Shown: positions 1 through 15,001, numbered from the stretch's first letter. The stretch: DNA of 64,000 nt from Octopus sinensis (GCF_006345805.1 NC_043007.1:57536001-57600000); one strand, 5' to 3'. The notes: generated from the letters alone by a model not told the origin. Made by a program: numbers and translations.

Positions 1-54
1 TCCTTCTTTTATCTTATATCTATATTTTTTGCATTATTTATATAGACATATATG

Positions 55-102
<48 letters not shown>

Positions 103-120
103 TGTGTGTGTGCGTGCGTG

Positions 121-312
121 TGTTTGTGTTTATCCCCATCGACACTGCTTGAAGACCGGTGTGGGTCTGTTTACTTCCTTGTAACTTTGCGGTTTGGGAA
201 AAGATACCACCAATAAAATAAGTACTAGGTTGGATTTGTTCAGCTAAAACCTTTCAAGGCGTGCCACTCATTCGCACAGTTCAGTATCTGAACAAGTGAA
301 ATATAAGATAAA
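121..312 (+). mobile_element. SINE family B, 3' half
   Basis: actgcttgaagaccggtgtgg...tgtttac...gtaactttgcggttt...aataagtac...gaacaagtgaaatataagata matches the post-(TG)n half of the full copies at 20018-20415 and 47838-48235. Confidence 0.7.
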
Positions 313-706
313 AAATCAATATACGATATATCAGAGCATCCTAATCTTTTCGTCCTTAAAATTCTTACGTTGTCTTCTATCGATAACTTTTACATTTGTT
401 TTTCAACTGTGCAGTCATTAATATTATGATTTCCGAATTATAATTATAAAAAATTATAATTCAAACAATTTCTTATTTCCGTTCAGAAATTAATAGATAA
501 AATACCATGAAATGCCAAAATTCGAGCGAGATATCATAATACTTTTTGCCATACGAATTATTATGCAACGTGGTTGTATGAGTTCAGAAAGTGTGTTATA
601 CGATAAATGTATGGTAATATCAAAAGAAAACTAACCCACTCACCCGGCAAAGTTGAAATACCAAACATTGAAGATAGAAAGCATATAATATGTATAACCT
701 GATCTA

Positions 707-913
707 AGGCTGGCAGAGTCGCTAGCACACCCGGCAAAAATGCTTAGCGGCATTTTGTCCGGATTTACGCTCTGAGTTCAAATTCCGCTTAGGCCGACTT
801 TGACATTCATCCTTCCGAAGGTCGATAAAATAAGTACCAGTTGAGCATTGGGGTCGATGTCTTCGACCTGAACCCTCTCCAGACATTGGTAACCTTGTTC
901 CGAAAATTGAAAC
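707..913 (+). mobile_element. tRNA-derived SINE family A (~205 bp) with 21-bp TSD
   Basis: B-box-like gagttcaaattcc and central ttcatccttccgaaggtcgataaaataagtaccag. Flanked by taatatgtataacctgatcta (686-706) and taatatgtataccgtgatcta (914-934). About 9 related copies occur in the window. Confidence 0.85.
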
Positions 914-1871
914 TAATATGTATACCGTGATCTACGTGGCACTAGTGTCCTCTTAATGTTTCTTATCAATGTTTTTTTTTTCTTTATACTCTCTTCTTAA
1001 TTTAAAACAACACCTGTAACCATTCAGACCATCGTCTCTTCCAACCACTGACTCGAGAAAATTTTCATTTATTGTTCTTGCAGGTAATTCACTTTTGTAG
1101 ATCTGATTGTTGCGTGTGTTGACTCATTCGGAAATCTTGTGTCAACCACTCAGACTGCTGATGTCCATTCATTAAAGCACTTCTGCTACACAACTACCCC
1201 GCCTTTCATCAAGTCGACACACTATATTCTGGCGTCTTTGTTGACACACTGTGCTGTAAAGCTAATGGTTGATATCAATATTGCAAGATATCAATACTTA
1301 CTGACTTATTTCTCTCTTCTACATTATGTGTCATTCTAACAATTAAAACACACACACTGTAACACATTTGAAGTGAGAAAGAAAAATCGTAGTTAAAGTG
1401 TTAAACTCCATTTGCATCTATTATTGCTTCTGTTACTACACTTTCGGTAATTATAACAAATAACTAGCCTCATTGCACTTGTAATTGCTGTTGTTGTTAC
1501 TGTTGTCGATATTGTTGTTGTTGCTATTGTTATTATCGTTATTGTTGCAGTTGCAATATAGCACCAGATCAACTCTCGTTGAACAGATCTATGATAAAAT
1601 ATCTTCCAAACATGGCCATCGCCTTTGTTTTGCTTCATTAACTAGTGTGCGTCTTTTCTTTTTTTCAGATGCTGAATTGTGATTTGACAATACTTGACTG
1701 TTATCTCAAGCAAAACAAGTAAAGGCTTCTTAGTATGCTTGACGATGTGGTTACTATACAAGTTACTGCTACGGCAGATACACTGAAGTTGTAAGATCAT
1801 TGCTGGTATTCCTGCAACAGTAACGGCATTTTATTGCAACTTCCATTGGTGATGCCTCGAGTGAGGCACGA

Positions 1872-2080
1872 AGCTGGCAGAATCGTTAGCACACCGAGAA
1901 AAATGCTTAGCAGCATTTCGTCCGTTTTCACGTTCTGAGTTCAAATGCCACTGCGGTCGACTTTGTCTTTCATCTCTTCGAGGCAGATTAAATTAATACC
2001 AGTTGAACACTAGAGTTGATGTAATCGACTTATCCCCTCCCGCAAATTTGTTAGCCTTGTGCCAAAATTTGAAACCAATA
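1872..2080 (+). mobile_element. SINE family A copy
   Basis: gctggcagaatcgttagcacacc...ttctgagttcaaat...ccaaaatttgaaac, colinear with 707-913. Confidence 0.85.
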
Positions 2081-2888
2081 TTAACCCCGGGTGAAGCCTG
2101 ACGAAAAATTTCAGCCAAGATTTTCCATCAATAATCATCCGATATTTCATTTATACATATCGTATTTAATATTGCATTATGCAGAGTTGTCTTTTCCAGA
2201 AAGATTTAGCTGCTATTTCTGACTTGTTGAGCAATCTATTCTCCCATTACAACCACTGTTATTTTTAGTAGTCTAAGCTGTTGATGCATCAACTGCTACA
2301 GTTTCTCTCTTCTTTTCGCTAAAACAAAACATTGTAGTTTCTGCACTTACTGTAGTTTTCTGTTTCTGCAGATATGAAAACATTGGCAGTTATTGTAACT
2401 GCTGATCTTATCATAACGAGTATATACACAATTTTTGATCTGGGTGTAGTAACAGTAGCACATACTGATCATGTGGTTTCTGTTACATTCTCTCTAACTA
2501 ATGCAGCTATTTCTGCTGTGGGAGGTGCAGCTGGAGAAGGCATTTCTTGTTTAGTATACTTTTACTTCTCCTGTTAACTGCACTACAAGTGCTTCTATAC
2601 TTTTGAGCTGTTAGGTACACATATGTCACTTTCTTGATTGTAGTTTGCTGACAATTTAGTTCCTGAAGCTATGGTTGCCGTGATTACTATAACTTAATGT
2701 TGTTTCTGCGTCCTCCTTTCCACTTAACTTGCCAAAGGCTAACTCAGATATAACACTCTTTGGACATAGTTACTTTAACACCCTTCACATGACGAGATAT
2801 GATGATGCAGTGAATTGAAAGCCAGAACAGATTCTTTAGTATATTCACATGGCCATCAGTTCAACCCAGTTATATAAGACGTCCAGAT

Positions 2889-3024
2889 TATCCAATTTCA
2901 TATCCACGTATCTTCATTCTTAAACACATACATACCCACACATAGATACATACGGATATCCAATTTCATATACACGTATCTTCATTCTTTAACACATGCA
3001 TACCCACACATAGATACATACGGA
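2889..3024. repeat. Tandem duplication, 68-bp unit x2
   Basis: tatccaatttcata...catagatacatacgga starts at 2889 and again at 2957, with about 3 mismatches. Confidence 0.9.
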
Positions 3025-3149
3025 CAGATAGATAGATTGGTATATATGTACATGCATATTTCTGCGAAGTGCAAACACAAAAGATCTCATATAGTTATTT
3101 GGGTAAGAAAAGAAGAGTCATGTCATAGAGGTCAGCCGCTCCGCAGATG

Positions 3150-3480
3150 TGAATATTTCCTTCTCAAATCAGAGGATGGAGAATATTTATGGACAACTAC
3201 TTTGAATTCCTCAACTACTTTGATTATAAACTCCACTTTATACCAATAATTATTGGTGCATATGGCTCTGTCAATAAATGTTAAAGAGAAAATCAGGAAC
3301 AAACAGTGTTGTCAGGCAAAGAAAGTTACCGTCGATGACGCACTTTGCAGATTGAATCTAAGGTGAAACGTAAAAATATGTCCAGCTTTTCTAAAGTTCA
3401 ACAGATCACATCAGTATTGTTATCCAAATTCCAGTGGTAGAGCTTTGTTTCCTTGATAAAAACCAACTTCTTTGTTGAGG
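3150..3480 (+). pseudogene. Possible highly decayed Penelope-type RT fragment
   Basis: Broken frames give LIINSTLYQ...GAYGS (cf. YQQxxGxAMGSP), VDDALC (cf. YVDD) and FLD, in the expected order. Many stops and frameshifts. Confidence 0.35.
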
Positions 3481-4266
3481 GAAGAATTTAAATAGTCAAA
3501 AGGAGAAAATAACATACATGCATCATGATACCATCTACAATATGTACATCTCTGATCATGAGCAGGAGTAGAGGGGTTCTTTGGGGGTCTGAATTAATGT
3601 AACAAAAGCAAAGTTTGAAGGAAATATTAGCTATTTTTCATATTTTCTACGGGTAAGCAAATACAAAATAACAGTTGCAATCCAAGGACAGTGGGTAGCA
3701 AGTCACACGGTGTTATGAGGTGCTAAATGTTTTGTTAAATTTCTGCGAACTGGTCACTCATAAAGTTTCAGATGTTATAGAATTGTCTGTGACCAGGTCA
3801 GACATTTTAGAGATATTTTGTTATTAGAAATCAAGGAAAGTGACTGTAACAGTTTTTCTCATACATGAAGAGAATATAGCTGTCTTTGTTGCTGATTGGC
3901 TAAAGTAACTTCTTTCCCGTTGTACTAGTCTCCGTATCAAAGTATGCATCAAGTCTCCTACTAAACTAGTTCAAGTCTGAGATAAGAAATGTGAGAAAAA
4001 GAAAACATCTATAGCAAACTAATGAGAAATTGTAGATACTACCGCCGGAGACCAAGACATTTGATTGTTATCTTATATTATTGGAACATGATATGTAAAT
4101 GTTCAACGATAAATCTTTAGGAGATGGTCTTCATACCTCAAAATGGAAATACATATTTAGGGAATTAGATTAACAAAACAATAATGAAGGCAATGGTATA
4201 TAAAGTAAAATTTTGTAAACAGTCTGACTAAACGGGCTTTCACAATACAAACACATCCGCAAAGAC

Positions 4267-4303
<37 letters not shown>

Positions 4304-4304
4304 T

Positions 4305-4494
4305 GTAGGTCCCGGGTTGAGTCGGGGTTAACCACAGTAAATAAGGTACTCAATACATAGCAGAGTAAATTAATTTATTTTATAGAAGGAGCTTCTACAG
4401 GACTAGAACAAATGAAATCATCAGGAAGCTTCCTGATGATTTCATTTGAATGAAACAGTTCTAGTCCTGTAGAAGCTCCTTCTATAAAATAAAT
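4305..4494. mobile_element. Fold-back Penelope-type remnant in (TA)n with hammerhead-like core
   Basis: Palindrome 4373-4494 centred on ggaag|cttcc. The right arm has CTGATGA (4433) ...GAAAC (4452); the left arm lacks 10 nt of it. One-sided extension at 4305-4372; (TA)n on both sides. Confidence 0.7.
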
Positions 4495-4496
4495 AA

Positions 4497-4535
<39 letters not shown>

Positions 4536-5025
4536 AATAGAAATATCATTGTTCCTAAATCTCTCAACGAGAGACATTCAGTAACAGTACCTTAAAGTAA
4601 AAATAATGTGGCAGTTCCGGTTGAGATGAATATTACTGTTGTTTAGCTTCAGGAAACATCGTCTCCAGCTGGCTGTACAACACACTATCTGTGTTCTTAT
4701 ATTTTCCAACAGGGAGTTTAGCACCACCACCCAGCACAAAGCAATATCTGTGGACCACAGTTTCTGGGTTATTTCACTTCTTCAGTACAGAATAGCTGCT
4801 TGACTGAGACGGCGCTGCTAAATCCTCGTTCGAAAATATATATGTAATTTTCAAACTGATACACATTCAATGATCTAATAAATAGAAGCATTACTGTTCC
4901 TAAATCTCTCAACGAGAGATGTTCAGTAACAGTACCTTAAAGTTAAGATGGCGATAATGTTTCCATTTATTAGATCAGTAACGGTATGCCACTTTGAACA
5001 TTATATATATTTTCGAACGACGGTT
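4536..5025. mobile_element. Rearranged Penelope-type remnant with direct and inverted repeats
   Basis: ~63-bp direct repeat tgttcctaaatctctcaacgagaga...accttaaagt at ~4536 and ~4880. Inverted pairs ~4698-4730/4810-4842 and ~4871-4893/4953-4979. Minus-strand CTGAAGAAG...GAAACTGTGGTC at ~4750-4786. Confidence 0.5.
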
Positions 5026-5057
5026 ATATACATATATATATATATGCATGTATATAT

Positions 5058-5175
5058 GACGGACTTTTCAGTTTCGTCTACCACGTCCACTCACACGGCT
5101 TTGGTCGACCCGAGATTATAATAGAGGGTACATGCCCTTGGGAAGCAAGTTTCTAACCACAGGGCCATGCCTGCG
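5058..5175 (-). mobile_element. SINE family B, 5' part (internally deleted)
   Basis: gacggacttttcagtttcgtctacc...gctttggtcgacccgag...gggaagcaagtttctaaccac is the reverse complement of the family B head. Confidence 0.7.
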
Positions 5176-6909
5176 ATTCTTAACATTTTCCTAGTTACCT
5201 TTTCTCGTATTTTTTCTCAGTTTTCCTTAGGGAGAATCCATATTGTTTTAAGCAAGAATAATAGGAGGGTAAGTACGCTATACGTTACTATACTTTCCAA
5301 ACGTGAAACATCAAGTAGCTCTTGTATAATACCAGCATTCCCTAAATGATATTTATTTCTCATTCAGTGCTTTTTGATGATCCTATCAACAAGCTAACAG
5401 TACACGACACACACATACACACACACGCGTACACACACAAAAAAGACACACATATATGTATCTACATCTATCTGCCCATAAGTGTGTGTGTGTATGTATG
5501 TGAGCGAGTGTTTGGGCGTGCGTGCCTGTGTGTGTGTGTGTGTGTTTGTGTTTGTGTGTGTGTGTGTTTGTGTGTGTGCGTGTGTGTGCAAGGAGCAATT
5601 TTTGCGTAGATAAGACTGTTCACCACAGCCTCAATTATAAAATGTCACCGTATTACTACAAAAGTTCAAAATATTGTGATTCTATACAACTGCAGTTACT
5701 TGAAAGTGATAGGGTGACGCAATAATAATTATTCAACAAGGAACCTTATTAAATTATATGCAACAGGATAAATTCAGCTTTGCTTGTTAATGAGTGACAC
5801 CCCTAAGTGAACAACTCTTTCGGTCAGTGGATGGTCGTGAAACCGACAAATTTCTTTAGCTGAAACTTTCATTTTTGTCAGATCGATTTGCTCTTGGCGC
5901 TCTAAATAGGGAGAAAGCTCTTGTCAGTGGTACATTTCTCAGCACTATGCACAATTGTATTTAAAACATACTTAGGAAAATGGATATGTATTAGTATTTT
6001 TTCGGTATGGTCACTTTTAGGCTCTACGCTATTGTGTTTTCCATTAAACTGTATCCGCCATTTTAGATCATTAGATAAGTATCATTATGAATGATTACTT
6101 ATAGCTTCCATCGTCAATAATTCTCTCAAATAAACGGAAACATTTCATTTTCGTCTTTTTTACCACTATTTATACATCTGCAGTTACTTAATATTTTCTG
6201 TTTACAGAGCATTGTTATCTTAACGGGCTCTGAACTTTTCCAATTGGAGTTCTTCACGCAGTGTTATTTCCTCAGCTTCCTTCATTCTTCTCCTTTCAAC
6301 CAGCAATCGATATTGTAGCTGCTCTCGTTAAAACTCCTGCTTACATCACTTTGAATATATTTCACTGGCGACAACACACTGGACTAAAAGCACTAATTCA
6401 ATTTTCTTTTATTCTCCATTCTATAAACATTCACGACGTTATCTTTTACATTATCAAACCAACAAAACCAGAGACGACTCTACAACACGCCAGCCACATC
6501 ACTGCTATATTATCCACATAAAGTTAACTGACCAACACAGACTACGTACCTGAGATTCTTCCACACAGTTATTTCCTACTATTGAACTTAGGTTTGATGT
6601 TAGTTACAACACCTAAGACATGTAATGTATTAAGCTAAAATGGCAACAAATTGCTTTTATCTTTAACCGACCATCACCATTCTGTATCATGACACATATC
6701 CTTTCATTTGACATTATTAAATCTGGAACGGAATCAACGCAACATGATTCATTCCATCGATAGCGAACCAATATTTCAAGATGGCTGTCATTCAACTTAA
6801 ACACAGCAATGCTTTATTGTAGATGTGTGTGTTTGCGCAGATGCATTTGGTGGATATAGAGAAAGAAAGCACATTGAAATATGTCTTGGTTATGTATGTG
6901 TGTGTGTGC

Positions 6910-6966
<57 letters not shown>

Positions 6967-7202
6967 CGTGCGTGTGTGTGTGTGCGTGCGTACGTTTGTG
7001 TGTGTATGTGTTTAATAATATTTATTAGAAGCAAGAGTGACTCAAGGGAGGAGAGTTGGCACTTATGAAACTTAGAGTTTGATAAGTGCCAACGTACAAA
7101 ACTCTTGGCCCTTGAGTCATTCTGTTGCTTCAAGTAAAAGTTAATAAAAATATATATATGCTCATATTTTGAGTTCTGTCTTTCCTGTTTGCACCAACAT
7201 AC

Positions 7203-7287
<85 letters not shown>

Positions 7288-8717
7288 ATATAAAGAGAGA
7301 GAGAGAGAGAGGATGTGTGTGTGTGTGTGTGTGTGTAAGAGCAGGAGACGCACACACATATAAGCACATACATATATATGTATACACATACATATAAGTG
7401 CAGGTGCATTCGCACATGCATCTTCTTGAGTGTGAATGAATTCATGTTTATGTTTCGCAAAATCAGATGTTTAATACATTTACTTCTAGAGATTCAAGCC
7501 ACCCTTCAATTGGTGATCCTTGTTTGGCTTCATCGATTGGAGAGTTTTGCCGTTTGTGCCTTGTCCAATGGTATTTGTTGAATATGTGAAAAAAGCTACG
7601 AAGTATATTGGTCTCCTTTTACTAGAAACGTATACAACATAGCAGCAACAATTTTGATGTATTTCGATAGTGGTATATGTGGCTTGCCTGATACAGGTTG
7701 TAGTATGACTACGATCTTCTGTAGGGGGATTTTAAATCCATAACTCACCACGAGCTGCTGAAAAGCAGTTATTAATCTGGAAACTATGTAGCTGTGAAAT
7801 TACAACTGATATGTAAATATCATATTGCTTTCATTTTCAAAATATATAAGGATAAGGAAGTGTATATGGAAATGGTCATATAATTAAAAATAAACGTTTA
7901 TTCACCAACCAAAAGCTAGAACTTTCTTGATTACAATTGTTTATATACAAGATATTCATACATGATCAGTTATTCAGAAGATATATTCTTAATAACGGTT
8001 GACACTGCACTCCATATCCAGTCAAAGGATCAGAAGAGAGATGCCACAATATCATTCATTGCTAGCACATGGAAGCAGACTTATCTGCCTGTTTTCATTT
8101 CCTCCCCGGTCCTTTTCAGTTTTAACAAATGTTCTTCGTCCTAGCCCAGTTTAATTGACATATCTAATAGGATCAAAATGACATGGGGTTTCTGATTACA
8201 ATCACCAGCTGAATAGTCAGTTGTGTAAAATAAGCAGAGTACTTTTTATTAGAACATTACAAATGAAATAACAAAATGAGACAGAAAATGCTACAGAAAT
8301 AAAATGAGATAAAAGGAAAGATAGGAAAGAAAGAAGCCATATTTTCATTGTCATACACACCGTTGTAAAATGAAACCCTTTTTGTTCGTTCGTTATAAAT
8401 CATTATTGTGACTTTTCTGGTAATTACGTATTGTGCTGATGCCATGACACCATTAGCCAATACCTGGACGATACCTGATGGACGATTGGAAACCAGTGAT
8501 TACACACCACACGCACAAACACACTCACATACATACATACACACACACTTATGTACATATGTGTGTGCCTATATATATATGTTTATATGCTATACGTATA
8601 CATATATATATGCGTGTGTGTGTATAATATATATATGTATATATAATTATATATATATGTATGCGTATATACTTATATGTATGTATATCTCTATATCTCT
8701 ATCAATGTTTATGTACT

Positions 8718-8771
<54 letters not shown>

Positions 8772-9339
8772 CATACATACACAGACAATCAGAGAAAGAG
8801 AAATTCACACAAACGGAGAAAGAGAGAAGTGGCTTGAGAAGAAGGAGAAAAAAATACGTGCGAAATGAGAAAGAGAGCCCGAATGTGTAGATCCCGTGTT
8901 CGAATCCACTGAATTGTATTCTTTGTTTTAAAACAACAGAACGACTTTTCATTTAGAAAAGTAAGCTTATTCGAGATGCCATGCAGACATCTCGAATAAA
9001 CTTACTTCCAATCCCATCATCTATATCAGTCCCTTGTTTCAAAGCTATAAAGCTAGGATTAAAAAAGAGTTGCAATTTTTCGGTGACTAAAATGAAGTCC
9101 AAAAGTAAGGGTTCATCCTGCAGTGTGAAGCGATTCGCCTCTCTTGCTTCACATGTTTCCTTTAGAAAAGAAACGAGCGTCACAAAGTCAGTCGCACACA
9201 TACACACTCGCGTGCGTGCATGCATATATGACTGTGTTAGTATATGTAATGTATATAACTATCACTATCAACCCTGAGTTTACTTCTTGCATTCATTCTC
9301 CTTCTATGTATGGAAACACGCACACACCTGTATACATGC

Positions 9340-9376
<37 letters not shown>

Positions 9377-9739
9377 ATATTATATATATATATATATATG
9401 TGTGTGTGTGGTGTGTGTGTGTGTGTGTGTAATGCACACATACGCACATTTGTTTGTATATGTGTGTGTGTGTGTGTATGAACACATGCATGTGGGCATA
9501 CACTTAGAATCGAGTGAATTTATCAACGATGGTGACATGACAAGCCCTAAGTAATCAGAAAAAAAGTAATCAGAAATAAAATGAAACATGCAGCAACAAT
9601 TACATGATACAAAGACGGAAAAAAAAGAACACAACAACGACAACATCAAGAAGTAAATGTGATCAGGAGCAAAAAAAAAAAAGAGAAAACAAAAACAAAA
9701 CAAGAATAATTAAAAAAAAACATACTGATGTTAGCAATA

Positions 9740-9819
9740 ATAGTATTAATAGTAGTAATTATGATAATGATGATGATGATGATGATGATGACGACGACAA
9801 CAACAACAACAACAACAAC

Positions 9820-9851
<32 letters not shown>

Positions 9852-9900
9852 CAACAACAACAACGATGATGATGATGACGTTGATAATAATAATAGGCAA
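9740..9900. repeat. Compound trinucleotide microsatellite (GAT)(GAC)(AAC)(AAT)
   Basis: Directly visible. Confidence 0.95.
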
Positions 9901-10332
9901 AAAAATAACGATGATGATCACAGTAATACGAGACCCTTTCTCGATAACATATAAACAAAAACAACACTAACAGCAACAGCAACAAATACTACAAAAGCAA
10001 TAATGAAGCAAAGCAAAATCCGAAGCATCGATAACAACATTACTAACTAAATGAGGATCACTTCCGTTATGTATTCAATTTGAAAATACCATTAACATTG
10101 CATTGCTGCCGACGGATGTAACTGAGCATGCTGTGAGTAACAAACTTCCGGTTAGGTTCACTTCCGTCCGCCTTTGCTTAAACATCTTGTAATGTGCCGT
10201 CATTGTTCCTGTTGACTGTCTCTTTAACAGGGGTAGCAGATGATGGGTGGCTACGGACTGTTGTCGAACTGCTTTATAATAGCATTACATCCCTACGCTC
10301 TATATTGATTGTCATACACACACACACACACA

Positions 10333-10393
<61 letters not shown>

Positions 10394-10505
10394 ACACACA
10401 TATATATAGTAAAAATAATAGTAAAAATATAATGAAATAACAAATATGAACAAAAGTGTGGTTTTCACGTAAAGAGAATTTAAGTATGTAGATATATGTA
10501 TGATA

Positions 10506-10549
<44 letters not shown>

Positions 10550-10569
10550 AATGTAGGTGTGTATTTATG

Positions 10570-10601
<32 letters not shown>

Positions 10602-10858
10602 CTTGTAAATAACTTATACATGGAGGCTCACATACACACACACAAGCACATGCACACACGCACACACACACTGACACACATAATAGATAGATGCGCCCGA
10701 ACTTTGATAAGATGTTAATTACAACGAGTGCTCAACAACTAAATAGGTAGTCATTGCTACGTCGTAGCACCTACGTGATTTTAACAAACGCGAAGAATGA
10801 ACTTAAATTGTTACACTTGTTATGTGTGCGTATATGTATGTGTGTGTGTGTATGTATA

Positions 10859-10915
<57 letters not shown>

Positions 10916-11289
10916 GCGTGTGTGCGTGTATATGTACAAAGATATATGCATTGAAAAGGAACACAAAACGTTAACCAGTATTTATGCTTTATATAGTGTA
11001 CACGCGCGTTTCTGAAAACAAACTACCGTTAAAACAAGCCTATAAGCCCTATTCAACAAGAATGTAGCCAGCTCACTTCATCAGTATTAATAACAAAAAT
11101 GCAATATAAAGAACAATAGACGCCCATATATGTAAAAAGTATATTTACGTCATCATAGAATAGAAAAAGAAAGGGAAGATGACCTGGGGGTAGACCAAGG
11201 AGGAGATGGTCAAATAACAATCAAATCCTTATGCGATCTTAATTTCATTCGATTCCTTTAGAGAATCGTTTATATATAGATACCAACCA

Positions 11290-11676
11290 GCATTTGATAA
11301 CATATTTGCTTCGCAACCACATGGGAACCTTGGGCAACTGTCTACTCTAACCTCGGGCCGACTTAAGCGCTGTGAGACGGAAACTGAAGGAAGCCTGTCA
11401 TATATGTGTATATATATATATAATATATATATATATATACACGATGGGCTTCTTTCAGTTTCCACCTACCAAATCCACTCACAAGCAAGGCTTTGGTCAG
11501 TCCGAGGCTGTAGTAGAAGACACTTAACGAATGTATATACTTATGTGTGTGTTTGTATTTGTATCTATGTTTCTATCACCACCACCACCATCGCTTCACA
11601 ACGGATGCTGGTATGTTTGTTTCTCCCTAACATAGCGGCTCGGCAAAGAGACCAATAGAATCAATACCAGGCTTAC

Positions 11677-11746
<70 letters not shown>

Positions 11747-11790
11747 AGCATGGCCACAATCTAATGAATGAAAGAATTAAAAGATAAAAG
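11290..11790. mobile_element. Cluster of SINE family B fragments (+ 11290-11400, - 11440-11525, + 11560-11790 interrupted by (AAT)n)
   Basis: accttgggcaactgtctactcta...gagacggaaactgaaggaagcc; gggcttctttcagtttcc...ccaaatccactcacaag; cagcatggccacaatctaatga. Confidence 0.65.
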
Positions 11791-12277
11791 ATATATATAA
11801 ATGTACACACGAACATACATGCAGACACACGCTCATCCCACAGGCACCGATAACACATCAATGGAGGACGGAGCTGCACCGGTTTGTAGCTAATTACAGA
11901 GTGAATATGTAAGTGTCCGAACTGGCGCTTGCTTCATAGGCATTATTTTCAGGTAGAATTTATTTGACACAGTGTATGACAATATTTGTAGTTAATTACA
12001 GGTCGAATATATTCGATGGATTCCACACAGCAATCGGCAACCCATATCTAGTCACAAAGCTTCACTCGATATGGGCATTCCAAACCACGGCTGCCCCAGC
12101 CTATCCCACATCCACACAAGCGAGGAAACTACGAAAATGGTGGTATTCCGTCGTTGCAGACAAGAATGACATCTCGTGCGCCGCAATGAATGAGCAATCG
12201 TCTATTTTTAGCTGCATGAAATAATCATCTTGACTGTGGTTGAGTAAAAAGTGCATTGATATTATCTGGTAATAAGA

Positions 12278-12475
12278 CAGATTCGTTAGCACATCAGGCA
12301 AATGAATTAGGAGCATTTCGTTCGTCTTTACGTTCTGAGTTCAAATTCCGCCGAGGTCGGCTTTGCTTTCCATCATTTTGTGGTTGACAAAATAAGTGCA
12401 GCTGAGCACTGGGGTTGATGTAATCGACTAACTCCCTCCCCGAAATTGCTGGCTTTATGCTAAACTTTGAAACTG
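12278..12475 (+). mobile_element. SINE family A copy
   Basis: cagattcgttagcac...ttctgagttcaaattccgccgaggtcg...actggggttgatgtaatcgac...tttgaaac. Confidence 0.85.
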
Positions 12476-12947
12476 ATATTACCAGCACATCAAAATTTAT
12501 ACCGATAAACGCTTGTGCGATACAAGTGCCTCGCATTAAAAGATTGAAGCCATTAAACTAGCAATAAGCAAAGAGAGAGAAGATGGCTAGAGACTGCAAA
12601 CGCTGCAGGTTTCAAGTGACAGAGTCATGAATCGCCTCTTCCTCGTCAATAAATCTTGATGGGGCTGCTAGTTTGGATGCCGACAACCCAAACATGTACA
12701 GATTGGTTTGGCTTACATGGTTGGCACAAGCACAAGTCAAGTTATACAAATACTCAAATCCAGACACTCACACGCGAGCACATACACACACACGCGCGCA
12801 GACAGACACACACACACATACACACACACAAACACTTATATGTACACGCACACGAATAGTTATGTTGTAGTGTGACTGAAAAAAACGCATCAATGAAAAT
12901 TGCTGACCTCCCTACAAACATATTGCGCGCACACACGCACACACACG

Positions 12948-12989
<42 letters not shown>

Positions 12990-12991
12990 CG

Positions 12992-13026
<35 letters not shown>

Positions 13027-13646
13027 ATACGCACATACGCCTACACACATGTATATCTGTGTCTGAATGTTTGTATTTATATATTTGTGTGCATGTATGT
13101 ATATAAATATATATATATGTATCTATTTATATACATGTTACGTATATATACGGGTAGTATAGTTTCTATATGTATATATGCTGTAAACTTAAGTGCATAT
13201 ATAATTGTATGTTTGCGATGCAATCGTATATGTGTTCATAACCCTTCTGCTATGTCCAACTTGAAACTAAATTTCTACGCAACATTGCCGCCATCAAAAA
13301 ATGTCAATTATGTCAGCAGGTTTCTGAACCCAATGAAAAACAATTTGGCTCTGATATATTATTCATATATATATTTTTATATGTGTGTTAATTTAGTATA
13401 TTGCGCATTCATATGACTGAATGAGTGAGTGAATGAGTGGATGGGTGAGCGAGTGAGTGAGTGAGTGAATGAATGAATGCGAGAGTGAGCAAGAGGGTGA
13501 GTGAGTACGTGCTCGCGTAGTATGAGTATTGAGCGTTTATATATACGGGTGAATGCGTGAAAATATGTACAGGAAAGGAATGAGTTATATTGTGTATAAA
13601 CATACATATGTATGTATATATATATGTACAAATACAAATACGTATA

Positions 13647-13709
<63 letters not shown>

Positions 13710-13875
13710 TATATTATGCATGTACGTGTTTGTCTCTATATACATGTCTGTAAAACTCATGTATTCAAATCAATAATTTTAATATTATTATTGATATTTA
13801 TATGATTCTATATTGCATATAAACGCACTTAAATATATGTGTGAATGTATGTGTTGTTTGTGTGTGTATATACAT

Positions 13876-13937
<62 letters not shown>

Positions 13938-14927
13938 CACAAACTCTCTCCTTCTCTCTCTCTCTCTCTCTCTCTCCCTATACACACACACATATATATA
14001 TAGAGAGAGAGAGACAGATAGAGAGATAGATATGTATATGAGTATATAAATACATATATACACACACATAACATATATACATATACATGTAGACATATAT
14101 ATATCTACATACATATATATACATATATACAGCATATGTTTGTATATATATCTGTCTGTCTGATTGTCTGTCTGTTCCTCTCTTTCTCACTAAAGATATA
14201 TATATATATGTATGTATTTATGCGTGTATCCATGAATATATATATACACACATACATATTTGTATTTGTTTGTAAAAGCACACTTTCCTCTGAAGTGGCA
14301 AATAATGAATTTGAGTGTGTAAAGGAGGAGAGAAAAGAGAGAGAGAAAGAGTGAGAGAGAAGAGAGAAAATAAAGAATTAGTGAGCTTGAGAAAGAAAGA
14401 AAGAGAGAAAGAAGGAAAGAAAGAAACGAAACGAAAGAGCTAGAGGTAGAGAAAGTAAGAAAGGAAAAATATAGAAATGAAAAATTTTTATGGAGCATAT
14501 GAATTTTTCTGCCCTAGTCTCCTATAAATGTAATTATCAACAAGAAGCCACCATTTTCTACAGTCACATGATTTTAATGGAATGCCATTTGCGTCTGTTT
14601 CTTCACTTTTATAGTTCTTTATTTCACTCTTTCTCTTCTCTCTTTTATTACTATGCTTTAATTTATGACTCTCTGGTATATTTGCTATTTTAGTTGATTT
14701 CCTTCTTATTTTTATACGGGTTACTTCCGAAAATTGATCGTCATTTTACCTTGTTATTGTTATATGGAAATTTTGTTAGCATTTGTTTTTGGTTGTTTAT
14801 TTGTTTGTTTGCTTTTTTTCTTTGGTTTTCGTTTCTTATTTGATTTGTGATCGTTGTTGTTGTTGCTGATGTTTTCCTTTTTTCACCCTTGTAGTTATGT
14901 ACATATTCACACACACACAAACATTCA

Positions 14928-14929
<2 letters not shown>

Positions 14930-15001
<72 letters not shown>

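Noticed and set aside
11860-12230. Complex ORF (RSNIFDGFHTAI...HSIWAF) as a host exon or a MULE transposase remnant
   Set aside because: Only a faint resemblance to the MULE RTNNxxEGxH...HPxIW motif, with no convincing splice pair. Needs a BLASTX/HMM search.
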